IMG/VR virus record: IMGVR_UViG_3300023257_000007
Location: 284,223 to 348,222 of that record
Direction: 5' to 3' (one strand)
DNA length: 64,000 nucleotides
Shown here: positions 42,429 to 53,368 of the stretch, in pieces
Layout of the letters: each line of letters starts with the position of its first letter
How positions within the stretch are numbered: position 1 is the stretch's first letter
Notes under the pieces: generated by a model
Databases searched by the model: none
What the model was told of the DNA's origin: nothing
The model's input: only the letters and a program-made list of their open reading frames with translations
Translations under genes and position numbers: made by a program

Positions 42429-43865
42429 TTACATCTTATCAATCAATATACGCTTTCCAAATGTTAAATTACTAGGATCATCATTATGGGAAACAATCCA
42501 AATTACTCTATTGCTGAAAGTACTGTAGCGTCTTCTGTCAGGACAATCCCCAAGAGCATCTGTAAAATATATCATAAATGCTGGTTGCAGTCCCTTCTTT
42601 ACCAAGTTATCCTGAATCCAGTCAAACGGGGGAGTAAATCTTGTTCCACCGAAACCTTGAGGTCTTAATTTATCAATTTTAAATTTATTTCTTGTACTAA
42701 ATTCTTGTACACCACAAATATCATAATCACACCATATAACATGACATTTTTTAATACCTCTATTCTTAAAAATAGCATGTATTTCAGATGCAAACTTATC
42801 TAAATCATCTTCACTAATAGATCCAGATGTATCAATAGCAATAACAACGTTATTGTAATCTGATTTTTTCTTATTTAATCCCCATAAATAATCACCTCTA
42901 CTAATAGCACGTCTCTGTGGTAGTTTATGTTTTAATTTACTATAAATATTAGCAACAAATTTTCTTAATTCTGCTTGCCAATTTACTTTAGGTTTTGAGA
43001 TTTTTCTTAAAAATCTCTGCATATTAGCACTACCGAAACCTTGATTCTTAGATGAAGCATCTCTTACGATTTCACCCCATACTTGTTTCATTTTTTCATC
43101 ATTTCCTTTAGCGCCTTGTAATTCTTTGTTTCCTGATTGTCCAGCAGTTCCACCACCTTGTCCAGGTTTTCCTTTTCCTTTTCCTTTTCCTTGTCCGTTT
43201 CCTTCGCCTTCGCCTTCTCCTTCACATTCTCCTTCACATTCTCCATCATCATAAATATCAATACCACCACTTAATGAACCAGGGGCTTGAATATCAGAAC
43301 CAAGACCATCCATAAGTTGTTTAATAAGTTCTTTCTTTTTTTGTTTGTTTTTTTCCCATTCTGGTTCTAATTCAGCATAAATTTGTTCAGTACTCCAATC
43401 TTTATATTTTTCTTCATAAAGAACTTTCTCTGGCATTTTACCAATACCTTCTAATAATAGGTTAATAGCATAATCACCTGAAATATTCCATAATTCAGGA
43501 TCTCTGCCTAAACCTCTATCAAAATGGAATAATGCATTATGCATAATTTCATGACATAGAACAAATACACATTCTTCTTCACTTAATTCATTAGCAAAGT
43601 CACTATTATACATGATTGATAAACCATCAGTTGCCATAGTTGTAATTCTAGGGTCTGTGGCTTGTTTAATTTTAAGATTAAATAATAAATCAGCAAAGAA
43701 ACCGTAGTTTGCTACGATAACCATAATACATTTTCTTATCTTTTTCCAAGCTCTATCATCTAATTTTTTCTTCTTATCATCTGATTTTTTTTGCTTATCT
43801 TCTTCTTTATCTTCTTTTCCTTCAACAATAGAAGCAAATTTGCAATATCGTTCTAATTTTCCCAT
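42429..43865 (-). CDS. metallopeptidase-like plus VWA domain protein (DUF2201-like)
   Basis: TMATDG, HEIMH, D.AIN, Gly-rich linker, MIDAS DTSGS, GGT.F, FTD. Confidence 0.88.
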   Translation of the reverse strand: MGKLERYCKFASIVEGKEDKEEDKQKKSDDKKKKLDDRAWKKIRKCIMVIVANYGFFADLLFNLKIKQATDPRITTMATDGLSIMYNSDFANELSEEECVFVLCHEIMHNALFHFDRGLGRDPELWNISGDYAINLLLEGIGKMPEKVLYEEKYKDWSTEQIYAELEPEWEKNKQKKKELIKQLMDGLGSDIQAPGSLSGGIDIYDDGECEGECEGEGEGEGNGQGKGKGKGKPGQGGGTAGQSGNKELQGAKGNDEKMKQVWGEIVRDASSKNQGFGSANMQRFLRKISKPKVNWQAELRKFVANIYSKLKHKLPQRRAISRGDYLWGLNKKKSDYNNVVIAIDTSGSISEDDLDKFASEIHAIFKNRGIKKCHVIWCDYDICGVQEFSTRNKFKIDKLRPQGFGGTRFTPPFDWIQDNLVKKGLQPAFMIYFTDALGDCPDRRRYSTFSNRVIWIVSHNDDPSNLTFGKRILIDKM

Positions 43866-43930
43866 ATTTTTAGTTTTATTTTCTTAAAGATATATATTAT
43901 TTTTTAAAATTAAAAATGTTCAAAATAATA

Positions 43931-44230
43931 TTATTTAGTTACTTTATCTACTAATTTATTTTTTTCTTCTTGATTTAAGTTAGCAAGAATTTCATCATAT
44001 TCATCACTCCACATCTTAATAATTTTCATCATCAATTCATTACCATCTTTTTCAAATGAATTTAAAGATTTTAATATTTTTTTAATTTCTTTAGTTGAAC
44101 CAACAAAATCATTATTTTGAAATATATCAATAACTTTATCTTTTATAATTTCTTCTTTTGAATAAAGACCCATATCAGAAAATGTTTTTTCCTGTTGTGT
44201 GAATTCTTCAAATAATTTTACTTTTTTCAT
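43931..44230 (-). CDS. hypothetical protein with leader
   Basis: Starts MKKVKLFEEF. Confidence 0.7.
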   Translation of the reverse strand: MKKVKLFEEFTQQEKTFSDMGLYSKEEIIKDKVIDIFQNNDFVGSTKEIKKILKSLNSFEKDGNELMMKIIKMWSDEYDEILANLNQEEKNKLVDKVTK

Positions 44231-44240
44231 AATTTATATA

Positions 44241-44269
44241 AAAAAAGCCTGTTTAACAGGCTTTTTTTT
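44241..44269. terminator. intrinsic terminator hairpin
   Basis: aaaaaagcctgtttaacaggctttttttt. Confidence 0.7.
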
Positions 44270-44291
44270 AAATATCTAATTTTTACTTCTA

Positions 44292-45806
44292 TTATGGATT
44301 TAAAATGTCAGCAAATTTGTTATACCATTTCTTAATTGAAGGTACCCAAATTTTCTTCCAAGGATCATCAGTTGTTACATAAGCATGTGTCTTTTTAACA
44401 TATTGTAGTAACGATGTTGCAACTTCCATATTCTCAATTCTTCTTGCATATGTAATTAAATTTTCAAGTTCCTTTGCAGTTAATTTCTCACCTTTTTTAG
44501 CCATACCAATAGCAGCAGTTACCGCTCTAGATCTATCGATTCTTTTTGGTGGCATAGGAGCTTCTTCTGGTTTCTTGTATACAAGAGCAATATCTTTTGG
44601 TGGAAATACTGCCAATAAATCAAGATATTCTGCAAACTGAACAGCTGCAGTATTACCAACATGAGAATTAAATAACTTTTTAATTGCTTCTTTAGATAAC
44701 TGATTTCCTGATGCTTCTTTAGCTTCTGTATATTCTAATGATGCACTTGCCCAAGAACGTGGAGATGGCCAGTTAGGAGTTTCTTTATCAGGATCTAAAT
44801 GATGAAGTATGTCTTTATTGAAATCAATATAACCAATTACGTCAGGATCCATATAATCTTGTTTAATAGCCCATGTCACCCATTCATCTTTTGTTGTAAT
44901 AAGATTATAGTGAGTAAAACGGTTAGCTAGAGCAGTACCTAAATCAGTTACTGTTGGTTCTTCTTCACGTCTATTACCAGCAGCAATAATTAACCATTTA
45001 TCAGGTAATTTATATTCACCAACTTGACCATCAAGACATAGTTGAAGTGAAGCTGATAATACATGCTCATTAGCACGGTTCAATTCATCAAAAAACATAA
45101 TACCACCTTTTCCATTTTCACCATTATCACTAGGGAAAATCTTAGGTAATCTAAATGTCGTTCTTCTTGAAGTGTCTCCTTCAACTTTTACACCAGCAGC
45201 ATCTTTAGTATCTCTACCTTTAACAACTTCAATTTCTGGAAGGCCAATAAAATCAGTAGGCTCAATTGTTGCTAAATGCCATACTAAACAATCAACTTGA
45301 AGTTCTTTGGCTGTTGCATTAATAACATCTGTTTTACCAATACCTGGAGCACCCCAAATAAATGTAGAAAACATTTTATTTGGATATTTTGTCTTCATTT
45401 TAAACTTACGAACAAGAATATTACTCATTTCTGAAGGAACATAATTACCTACTTCTGGATTAGGATGCTCTAAAGGCACCTTATCCTCGTTCATAGCTAA
45501 TTTTGCATCTTCAATTGATAATTCTTCTGTTTCTTCTTCTTCAGAAAGATTATCAATTTCTTTTTCTATTCCTGATATTTTACTTTCATCTGGTTTACTA
45601 CCATATGGAAAAATATCTACTTTACCTTCTAATGCGCCTTTCTTCTTCAAGAAGAGAGCATAATATAACCAAGCAGCTTTTTTAAATTTCTTTTCAAAGA
45701 AATCCCATACTTTGTCGACCATACCACTTATCCAATTTTCGTTAAGTTCGCTATCGTACATGTGCTTTTCGTTTAAAAAGTTCTTGTAATTTACTAATTT
45801 TTTCAT
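44292..45806 (-). CDS. MoxR/dynein-related AAA+ ATPase with leader
   Basis: GAPGIGKT, FFDELNRA, AAGNR, ALANRF, PSPRSW; starts MKKLVNYKNFLNE. Confidence 0.9.
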   Translation of the reverse strand: MKKLVNYKNFLNEKHMYDSELNENWISGMVDKVWDFFEKKFKKAAWLYYALFLKKKGALEGKVDIFPYGSKPDESKISGIEKEIDNLSEEEETEELSIEDAKLAMNEDKVPLEHPNPEVGNYVPSEMSNILVRKFKMKTKYPNKMFSTFIWGAPGIGKTDVINATAKELQVDCLVWHLATIEPTDFIGLPEIEVVKGRDTKDAAGVKVEGDTSRRTTFRLPKIFPSDNGENGKGGIMFFDELNRANEHVLSASLQLCLDGQVGEYKLPDKWLIIAAGNRREEEPTVTDLGTALANRFTHYNLITTKDEWVTWAIKQDYMDPDVIGYIDFNKDILHHLDPDKETPNWPSPRSWASASLEYTEAKEASGNQLSKEAIKKLFNSHVGNTAAVQFAEYLDLLAVFPPKDIALVYKKPEEAPMPPKRIDRSRAVTAAIGMAKKGEKLTAKELENLITYARRIENMEVATSLLQYVKKTHAYVTTDDPWKKIWVPSIKKWYNKFADILNP

Positions 45807-45989
45807 AATTATGATTGATTGCTTTTTTATTTTAATATAAATCTATATATTAAAAAATAAATCCTTTTTTCTATGTTTTAAAAATTTTATTAAAATTTAC
45901 ATTTTAATTGGTAAAAACAGTTACCCTAGATTTAAAACTTAAACTATATTTTTTATTAAAATAAAAAGAAAAATAAATTTTAATTAAAA

Positions 45990-46790
45990 ATGAATAATAC
46001 ACCGGAATACTTCGGCATAAAAGATTACAAAACTAACAGTGATGGAAGTATAAATGTTTACCAAAATGTTGATATGTCATGTATGGATTTAGTAGAAATT
46101 CCTATTAAATTCAACATAGTAGAAGGCTCATTTAATATCAGACAAAATCACTTAAATTCTCTTAAAAACTCACCAAAAGAAGTATTTGGGGATTTTGATT
46201 GCTCTCATAATATAATAAAATCTTTAAAGGATGGTCCAATTTATGTATTAGACTCATATCGAGCACATAATAATTCATTAACTGAAATAAACAGCAAATT
46301 TGAATGTGGATTTAATTTAATGTTAGATTTTAATAGATTAGAAAAATTAGATTCAATACAAGAATATATTGAGGGTAGTTTAAGTTTATCACACAATAAA
46401 TTAAAAACATTAAAAGGAAGTCCAAAAGAAATTGAAACAAGTTTTTATGTAAGTAAAAACAACTTATATAGTTTACAAGGTTGTCCACAAACAATAGGTT
46501 GTAATTTTGAATTTTCACATAATAAAGTAATAGACCTATATCATTTTCCAGAAAAAATTGGTGGTTCAATTAATATGGATTATAACGATTTATATGAATT
46601 ACCATCAGGCTATTCAATCTTAAATATGAGTTGGAAATATAATAATATAACAGAAGAAATATTAGATCCATTATATGAAATAGAATTAAAAAAAGACCCT
46701 TATTTATTAAAATCAATAAAAGATAAAGTTTCTGAAAAACTTGTTGAAAAATATAAATGGGTTATTGATGCAAATAAACTTGGTTTATAA
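45990..46790 (+). CDS. LRR protein (LxSLxGxP type) with GL-type tail
   Basis: Repeats G.F..S.N.L.SL.G.P; ends ANKLGL. Confidence 0.8.
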   Translation: MNNTPEYFGIKDYKTNSDGSINVYQNVDMSCMDLVEIPIKFNIVEGSFNIRQNHLNSLKNSPKEVFGDFDCSHNIIKSLKDGPIYVLDSYRAHNNSLTEINSKFECGFNLMLDFNRLEKLDSIQEYIEGSLSLSHNKLKTLKGSPKEIETSFYVSKNNLYSLQGCPQTIGCNFEFSHNKVIDLYHFPEKIGGSINMDYNDLYELPSGYSILNMSWKYNNITEEILDPLYEIELKKDPYLLKSIKDKVSEKLVEKYKWVIDANKLGL

Positions 46791-46794
46791 TTAC

Positions 46795-47218
46795 TTACAA
46801 GAGTCCCATTTTATCGCCTTATGTGTCTATATTCTTTTAAGATATCTTCATTAATAAAATCAATATTTTTTTTATATATATTTATTAAATCTTTTATATA
46901 TCCTCGTTCTACATAATTTTTTTGAAATTTATAAGATTTTAAACTATTTACAATATTATTATAAACTTCGTCACTTATTTTCATATAATTTTCATAATCA
47001 GTTTCAAAATTGGTTACTCTAATTGTATTTGAAGCGATTATTATAGAATTATCGTCATTTTTTAATGTTATTAAACGGTCAATATTTAAGTGGTTTATAT
47101 TAACATCTAATTCTGAAATTTTGATATAATTATTAAGTATATCATTGATTTGTTGTTTAATTTTCTTTTTAAAAAAATTATCAATAATCAAATTTTCATA
47201 TGTTTTTAAATACTTCAT
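46795..47218 (-). CDS. leader-bearing protein; GDKMGLL tail present but out of frame
   Basis: ORF 46811-47218 ends HIRR*; ggc gat aaa atg gga ctc ttg taa at 46818-46795 lies in another frame. Confidence 0.65.
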
Positions 47219-47877
47219 TACATCAATCCCATTTTATTTGCATTATAAAGGTCAGGATTTTCTTTCCAAAACCATTCCCAATAACCATCTAAATTATAAT
47301 AAGGTAATTGGTTATCATGACAATATAATTCTCTTAATCCTTTAGGTATTTCAGGTAATTTAGTTAATTGGTTATTATCACAATATAATTCTTTTAATTC
47401 TTCAGGCAATTCAGGTAATTCAGTTAATTGGTTATCACCGCAATATAATTGTATTAATTCTTTAGGTAATTCAGGTAATTCAGTTAGTTGGTTATTAGAA
47501 CAATATAATGTTTTTAATTCTTTAGATAATTCAGGTAATTCAGTTAATTGGTTATTAGCACAATATAGTCCTTTTAATCCTTTAGGTAATTCAGGTAATT
47601 CTGTTAATTTGTTATTAGCACAATCAAATTCTTCTAATTCTTTAGGTAATTCGGTTAATTCAGTTAGTTGGTTATAATGACAATATAATATTTTTAATCC
47701 TTTAGGTAATTCAGGTAATTTAGTTAATTTGTTATCATCACAATATAAATAAATTAACCCTTTTGGCAATTCAGGTAATTTAGTTAAACCTAAACCATTT
47801 AAATTTAATGTTTTACCATCAACACTTAAATGGTCTTTAATTAATTTATTTTCTGAATATGTTTTCAAATACTTCAT
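47218..47877 (-). CDS. LRR protein (about eight 20-aa LPELP repeats) with leader and tail
   Basis: 60-nt tandem units; starts MKYLKTYSE; ends ANKMGLM. Confidence 0.9.
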   Translation of the reverse strand: MKYLKTYSENKLIKDHLSVDGKTLNLNGLGLTKLPELPKGLIYLYCDDNKLTKLPELPKGLKILYCHYNQLTELTELPKELEEFDCANNKLTELPELPKGLKGLYCANNQLTELPELSKELKTLYCSNNQLTELPELPKELIQLYCGDNQLTELPELPEELKELYCDNNQLTKLPEIPKGLRELYCHDNQLPYYNLDGYWEWFWKENPDLYNANKMGLM

Positions 47878-48359
47878 TATAACAATTCTTTTAAGATACT
47901 AAATTGACCATCTTCGATTAATTTCTCAGCATTTTTCTTCTTAAAGAACTTCACATCATAAATCTCTTTAGATCTATAATAATTTTTCTTTATTTGATTC
48001 TTATTCTTTCTTAAATAAGGTATTAATTCTTCCTTGCTCATTATAATTACAAAATATTTGAGTTTCTTAATAGTACCAGATTTTCTATAATAAATTATAG
48101 ATTTATTTTTCATTCTAGATTGAGCAAAATCTTTACTTAATTTAATACCTGTTTCTTCTTCCAATTCTTTGAGAGCAGTATCAAAATTTTTTTGTTTTTT
48201 CTCAACGTGTCCTTTAGGTATAGACCATTTATCATCATATTTCTTAAATTTCCTAGGTTGTACTAATAATATTTTATTATTGACAATTATTACAATTCCG
48301 GCTAAATCATCAACTTTAGATTCTAATAGAAAGTCTTCGTAAGATATTATATTGTTCAT
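47877..48359 (-). CDS. NUDIX hydrolase with leader
   Basis: PKGHVE.......ALKELEEETG Nudix box. Confidence 0.88.
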   Translation of the reverse strand: MNNIISYEDFLLESKVDDLAGIVIIVNNKILLVQPRKFKKYDDKWSIPKGHVEKKQKNFDTALKELEEETGIKLSKDFAQSRMKNKSIIYYRKSGTIKKLKYFVIIMSKEELIPYLRKNKNQIKKNYYRSKEIYDVKFFKKKNAEKLIEDGQFSILKELL

Positions 48360-48391
48360 GAATTTATATATTTATTTTAATATATACATTT

Positions 48392-49111
48392 GTGGAAAGG
48401 TTAAAATCATATAAATTATTTACTGAATCAACAACTGTAATTGGAAATTATATAAGACCAGATAAATTATCAGAAGAAGGTGAAAAATTAAATCACTATT
48501 TGCAAAATAAAGTTAAAGAAATTAAGGGCATATATCCTATTAAAAACTTTAGAGAAACTTGGTCAAATGGAGTTATAGACAAGTATATTTTCACAATACA
48601 TACATTTGACAAATTTAAAATCAAAGATATTACTGATAAATTCAAATATCTTAATATTGAACCAGAAATAGACCAAAATACTTATGATAAGTATGTAACA
48701 TACACTTTTAATAAAGGTGAATTGGATTGGATTTTTGATGCTAATAAAATGGGATTACTTGAAAATAATAGTGAAAATAATAGTGAAAATATTGAAGATA
48801 TATTAGAAAATTGGTTATTAAGTATGTTTCCATTTATGGATGAACGTGATGTTTACATAAATGAATTATATTATGGTGGATATTCAGTAGAAATATGGAT
48901 GGCAGGTTTTGATCCTGATGAAGATATCAAATTGTTAGAAGATTGGTTTGAAGAAACATTAGACGAATTAGAAAAATTAAAAATTGGTGATAGTTTGCGA
49001 TCTGTTATTGATATTGAAGATGGTCAATTTACAATCAATTTTGAATTTGATGAAGATAACAAAGATATATGGAATTGGGCCGTTGAAGGCGATAAAATGA
49101 ATTTATTTTAA
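48392..49111 (+). CDS. two-module fusion protein with internal and terminal tails
   Basis: Internal DANKMGLL then ENNSENNSEN; ends GDKMNLF. Confidence 0.75.
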   Translation: MERLKSYKLFTESTTVIGNYIRPDKLSEEGEKLNHYLQNKVKEIKGIYPIKNFRETWSNGVIDKYIFTIHTFDKFKIKDITDKFKYLNIEPEIDQNTYDKYVTYTFNKGELDWIFDANKMGLLENNSENNSENIEDILENWLLSMFPFMDERDVYINELYYGGYSVEIWMAGFDPDEDIKLLEDWFEETLDELEKLKIGDSLRSVIDIEDGQFTINFEFDEDNKDIWNWAVEGDKMNLF

Positions 49112-49903
49112 ATGAAACATTTAAGAAGAATAAACGAAAGTAAATATAGTATAACAAATAAAGGTGTGACTGAAATACTTAATAGAGCATCTTATGAATT
49201 TGGTAAAAACGAATTTGATGAAGAATATTATACATCATTATTAAAATCAATCATCAACAATGCAGACCAATCTCAATTAGATTTTATAATAGAAGAAATT
49301 TTAAAAAATGAAGATTTAGTTATTGCATATATTTACAATCTAATTGATATATTTATTAAAGATAAATCAGAAAAATCATTTAAAAAATTAACAGAGACAT
49401 TAAAATCTACACCTAAAAAAGAATGGCAACATATTGTTGATTATCTTATTAATATTGATTTTAATAACGAAGTTAAAAAAATATGTGAATTTTTATTTAA
49501 CAATGGTTTTGATATTAATACCCCTTATATGACAAATGGTCAAAACCTTATATTTTGTGCTTTTTACATGCCAAAAGAAACATTAGAATATTTAATTAGT
49601 AAAGGTTTAAACATTCACCATACTGATAATAAAGGTGATAATGTTTTATGTTATCAAGAATTAGATCACCACACATTAGATTTATTAATTAACAATGGAA
49701 TTAAAATACCAGACAAATTTTTAGATAATAGTTTTTATGTAGTTGCTGATGATAAAGGAACTAAATTATGGGCTAGTACTATATTATTAATGTTGAAAAA
49801 AAATCCAGAAATCTATATTAAGATTAAAGACAAATTAAAAGATTCAATACTTAAAAAAATACCTAACTATATTAAAAATGCATCAAATTTAGGAATTTTA
49901 TAA
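49112..49903 (+). CDS. ankyrin-like repeat protein with leader and tail
   Basis: G.DIN....GQ.L, GLNIHHTDNKGDNVL; ends ASNLGIL. Confidence 0.65.
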   Translation: MKHLRRINESKYSITNKGVTEILNRASYEFGKNEFDEEYYTSLLKSIINNADQSQLDFIIEEILKNEDLVIAYIYNLIDIFIKDKSEKSFKKLTETLKSTPKKEWQHIVDYLINIDFNNEVKKICEFLFNNGFDINTPYMTNGQNLIFCAFYMPKETLEYLISKGLNIHHTDNKGDNVLCYQELDHHTLDLLINNGIKIPDKFLDNSFYVVADDKGTKLWASTILLMLKKNPEIYIKIKDKLKDSILKKIPNYIKNASNLGIL

Positions 49904-49933
49904 TCCTTATTTTTTATTTTTCATATAATCTTT

Positions 49934-50832
49934 ATGAAAATATTACAACGTAAATTTGTAACGAGATTAATAGGAGTTCCTAATTGGAAATATTATGGTT
50001 ATGAATATTGGGATGTTGTTCCTGATATTCATAAACAAACTTTAGAAATTGAACATAATACAAGAAGTGGTAAATTCAGAATTTATATTGACAGAGATGA
50101 AATTGAAGTAATAAAATACGAAGAAGAATTAGAAGCTATCATAAAAGCTTATAGAAAATATTTAAATGATGATAAAATTAGATAAAGATTATGTGATAAT
50201 TTGGGGTGCAAGAACTCATAATGGTTATGTGTATCGTAAAGAAGAATTTCCAGTTGATATTGAGAAAGAATTTTATGTCATGTCTGAATATTCTAATGAT
50301 TTTAAATTAAAAAATATATGTGCAATGACAAATGTATGTATTGATAATATTGGTTTTTATGTAGAAAATTTCAGATTTATAGATACACAAATAGGCAAAA
50401 TATGTAAAAAACTTGGTGGTTTAGGTATAAAACAATATATTCATACACAATCTATGGGTTCACATTATAGTGATACAACAACGGTTCACAAATTAATTGG
50501 TTTTTATATATCACCGGTTTCAATGTATGATAATTTACCAGCTAAAATAATAAAGAAACAAAGAAAATTAAAATTAAATAGAATTAAAAATGCATAAAAT
50601 TGGAAATTTTTTTAGAATTATATTAAATATTAAAGTAGAATATCACTTTGAGTTTTTTATTTATTTAGATGAACAAACAGGAGAAATCGTAGAAGATGAA
50701 ATAACTGGACATATTAAATGGATGGATAAATTCTCAATAAGATCAACTACTAGAAACAAAGCTCAAAAATTAGCTTGGTGTAAAGTAAATGCAAAGTTTC
50801 CTGATTTAGTAAATAAATTGTGGATGTTTTAA
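49934..50832 (+). other. three hypothetical genes (49934-50185, 50166-50597 with RK tail, 50590-50832)
   Basis: Overlapping ORFs; 50166 ends KKQRKLKLNRIKNA. Confidence 0.7.
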
Positions 50833-51388
50833 ATCAATCCCATGTTACTTCCTTGAAAAAACCAATGTGGATCTGACATTATTTTATCTAAATCTAATTG
50901 TATCATATAATGATGCAAATCTTCTTCTTCATATAATTTAATACAAGTAAATTCATCAAGAATTTCTAATAGTTTATTAAGATCAACATCACAATCTACA
51001 CGTACTATACCACTTACAGTAGAATATATATTGGGTATTTCATCTTTATCATATATTTCAACACCAATTTTTGTAAATTCTTGTCTTAGATATAAGACAA
51101 ATTGAGATATTCTTTCAACATATTCTTCGTTTCCTGTATCATTTGCTACAGCAGTCCATTTTTGTAGATTTTCATATATTTTCAAATATTTCATTTTGAA
51201 CCTTCTAATTCTTTAAGACTTATTAAAAAAATATCATCTTTTAATAAATAATCAATATCTTCTACACTATAATATTCATCTTCAATATAAATAGTCATCC
51301 CCTGAGCAGGTACAAAATTTAAACTTACAGATATATCATTTATATCATCATCTATATAAGTTTTTAAATCAAAAATAATTGCAAACAT
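50829..51388 (-). other. two hypothetical genes (50829-51194 with leader and tail; 51191-51388)
   Basis: MKYLKIYEN...GSNMGLI. Confidence 0.7.
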
Positions 51389-51444
51389 AATTTTAAGTTT
51401 ATTTATATTATATATTTATTTTAATATATAGCTTTATAATATAT

Positions 51445-53317
51445 TTGAAATCATATAAAACCTTTGAATGGAGAGAATCTGAAGTGGTTTGTTTACCAAT
51501 TGAAGTATTTAGTGAATATTCAAATTCTATGGGCCAATCACAAAAAATAAATATTGATGTTCAAGAATATTTAAAATCAAAAGGATTAAAAACACTTTCA
51601 GGTAATGACATGGTAGTCAGTTCTTTTACAAATTTTATTGTTATTATATTTGAATCTAAAAGAACATATTATACTTTTTATGATACTATTGAAGGTATTA
51701 AAGGAGTTTACAACAATCCAGAAATATTAGATACAGTAACATCTAATGAATTATTAAATGGCGATTTAGATTATATGTTTGATGCAAATAAATTAGGATT
51801 ATTATGAAATATTTAAAAACATATGAAAATCTTATAGAACCAGATTATGATAATATTGATTTTATAAAAGTAATGGACCAAAATAATAATCAAATTAATG
51901 GTTTAACATATAAATTTAAAGCTACACGTTCACGTTTAAAAAAAATATCCAGCTTTTACGACCATGATGAATCACTAAAATTAAAAATATTACTAAAAGA
52001 AATGAAAATGAAAATACATAAATTATTTTTAACTAACATAAAACTAAAAGAAGAATATTATAAAAGAAACCCAGATATTAAAGCTGGTGAAGATTTAGGA
52101 TTATTATGAAACATTTAAAAACATATGAAGGGTTTAGTAAACCTAAAATGGTAGAAAAACCAGAACAAATTTATTTCACAAACATCAAAGCCAATGATAT
52201 TTTTGAAGCATGGAAAATTCTTGAAAAACATTTCAATATACCAAAAGTTGATAGTTCTCTTAATATTGATTCAAATCTTTTTCTAAAATCAATTAAAAAT
52301 AAACAATATAAAGAAATGTATATTCGACACATGGAAGAACATGGTAAACATTTTACAACTAAAGCTATTGTATATGATAAACATAACAATACACCCTTTA
52401 CAGTTGTTAATATAAATGACGTTAATTTTGGATATGAAAATTTTAATTTTTATGATTGGGCTGAAGAGAACGGTTATAGTTATATTCTTCAAGGAAATGA
52501 TCTAGGATTATTATGAAAAACAATTCAATATGAAATACTTAAAAACAAAAAAAATATTCGAAAACCAATCCAAAGAAATATCTGCACTTTTAAATGATAT
52601 CAATGTTAATAATATTAAAGGTATTCAAGAATATATTGATAAAGGTTATGATTTAGATTATAAAGATGAAGATGGTGATTTTGCTTTAATATATGCTACT
52701 TTAAATTATATAATAAATATTAGTGATGGTCCAAATAATTCTAAAGGTGAATTTTCAACAATAGAATTTTTAATTGACGCTGGTGCTAATTGGAATATTA
52801 AAGATAACGATAATAAAACATTTTGTGATTATTTAGAAGATAAAGATAAAGAAAAACTAAAAGATAAATATCCTGATAAATATGGACAATATATATCAAG
52901 TAAATTAGGACTATTATAATGATATATTTAAAAACATATAAAGAATCCAAAGAGGATTTTGATACTTTTAAACGAATTGAAGTTTGGAGTAAACTTAGAC
53001 CTTATTACAATAAATATGGTTCATTTGAATTAAATGTTAATATTACATTTAAGTTTGGTTTTGAAGAAGATGAAGTAAAAGATTACATATTTACTAGAAA
53101 CATAAAGAAAATAAAATATACATCACTAGATTATATTGAATTACATTCAACATTGACAGTTATAGATAAAGATGGTGGTACAAGAAGTGAAGAACAAGTA
53201 AGAAATTTTAGAAGTTGTGATAATAAATCTTTAAACGAAGTATTTAAATATATTAAAAATATATCAAATGAAGACATCATTTCATATATAGAATCAAATA
53301 GAATGGGCTTATTATAA
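51445..53317 (+). other. array of five leader- and tail-bearing genes (51445, 51804, 52106, 52530, 52919)
   Basis: All end [K/D/R][L/M]GLL; junctions of the form ggattattatgaaa.atttaaaaacatatgaa. Confidence 0.85.
52530..52919 (+). CDS. ankyrin repeat protein with leader and tail
   Basis: G.DLDYKDEDGDFALIYA...FLIDAGANWNIKDND. Confidence 0.75.
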   Translation: MKYLKTKKIFENQSKEISALLNDINVNNIKGIQEYIDKGYDLDYKDEDGDFALIYATLNYIINISDGPNNSKGEFSTIEFLIDAGANWNIKDNDNKTFCDYLEDKDKEKLKDKYPDKYGQYISSKLGLL

Positions 53318-53320
53318 ATA

Positions 53321-53348
53321 AAAAAGCCACTTTTTGAGTGGCTTTTTT
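53321..53348. terminator. bidirectional terminator
   Basis: aaaaagccact-tttt-gagtggcttttt between convergent genes. Confidence 0.75.
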
Positions 53349-53368
53349 AATATCTTTACAGTTAAAGA

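Noticed and set aside
47300-47790. 60-nt tandem repeats as a CRISPR array
   Set aside because: They are in-frame LRR coding units with no unique spacers, and there are no cas genes.
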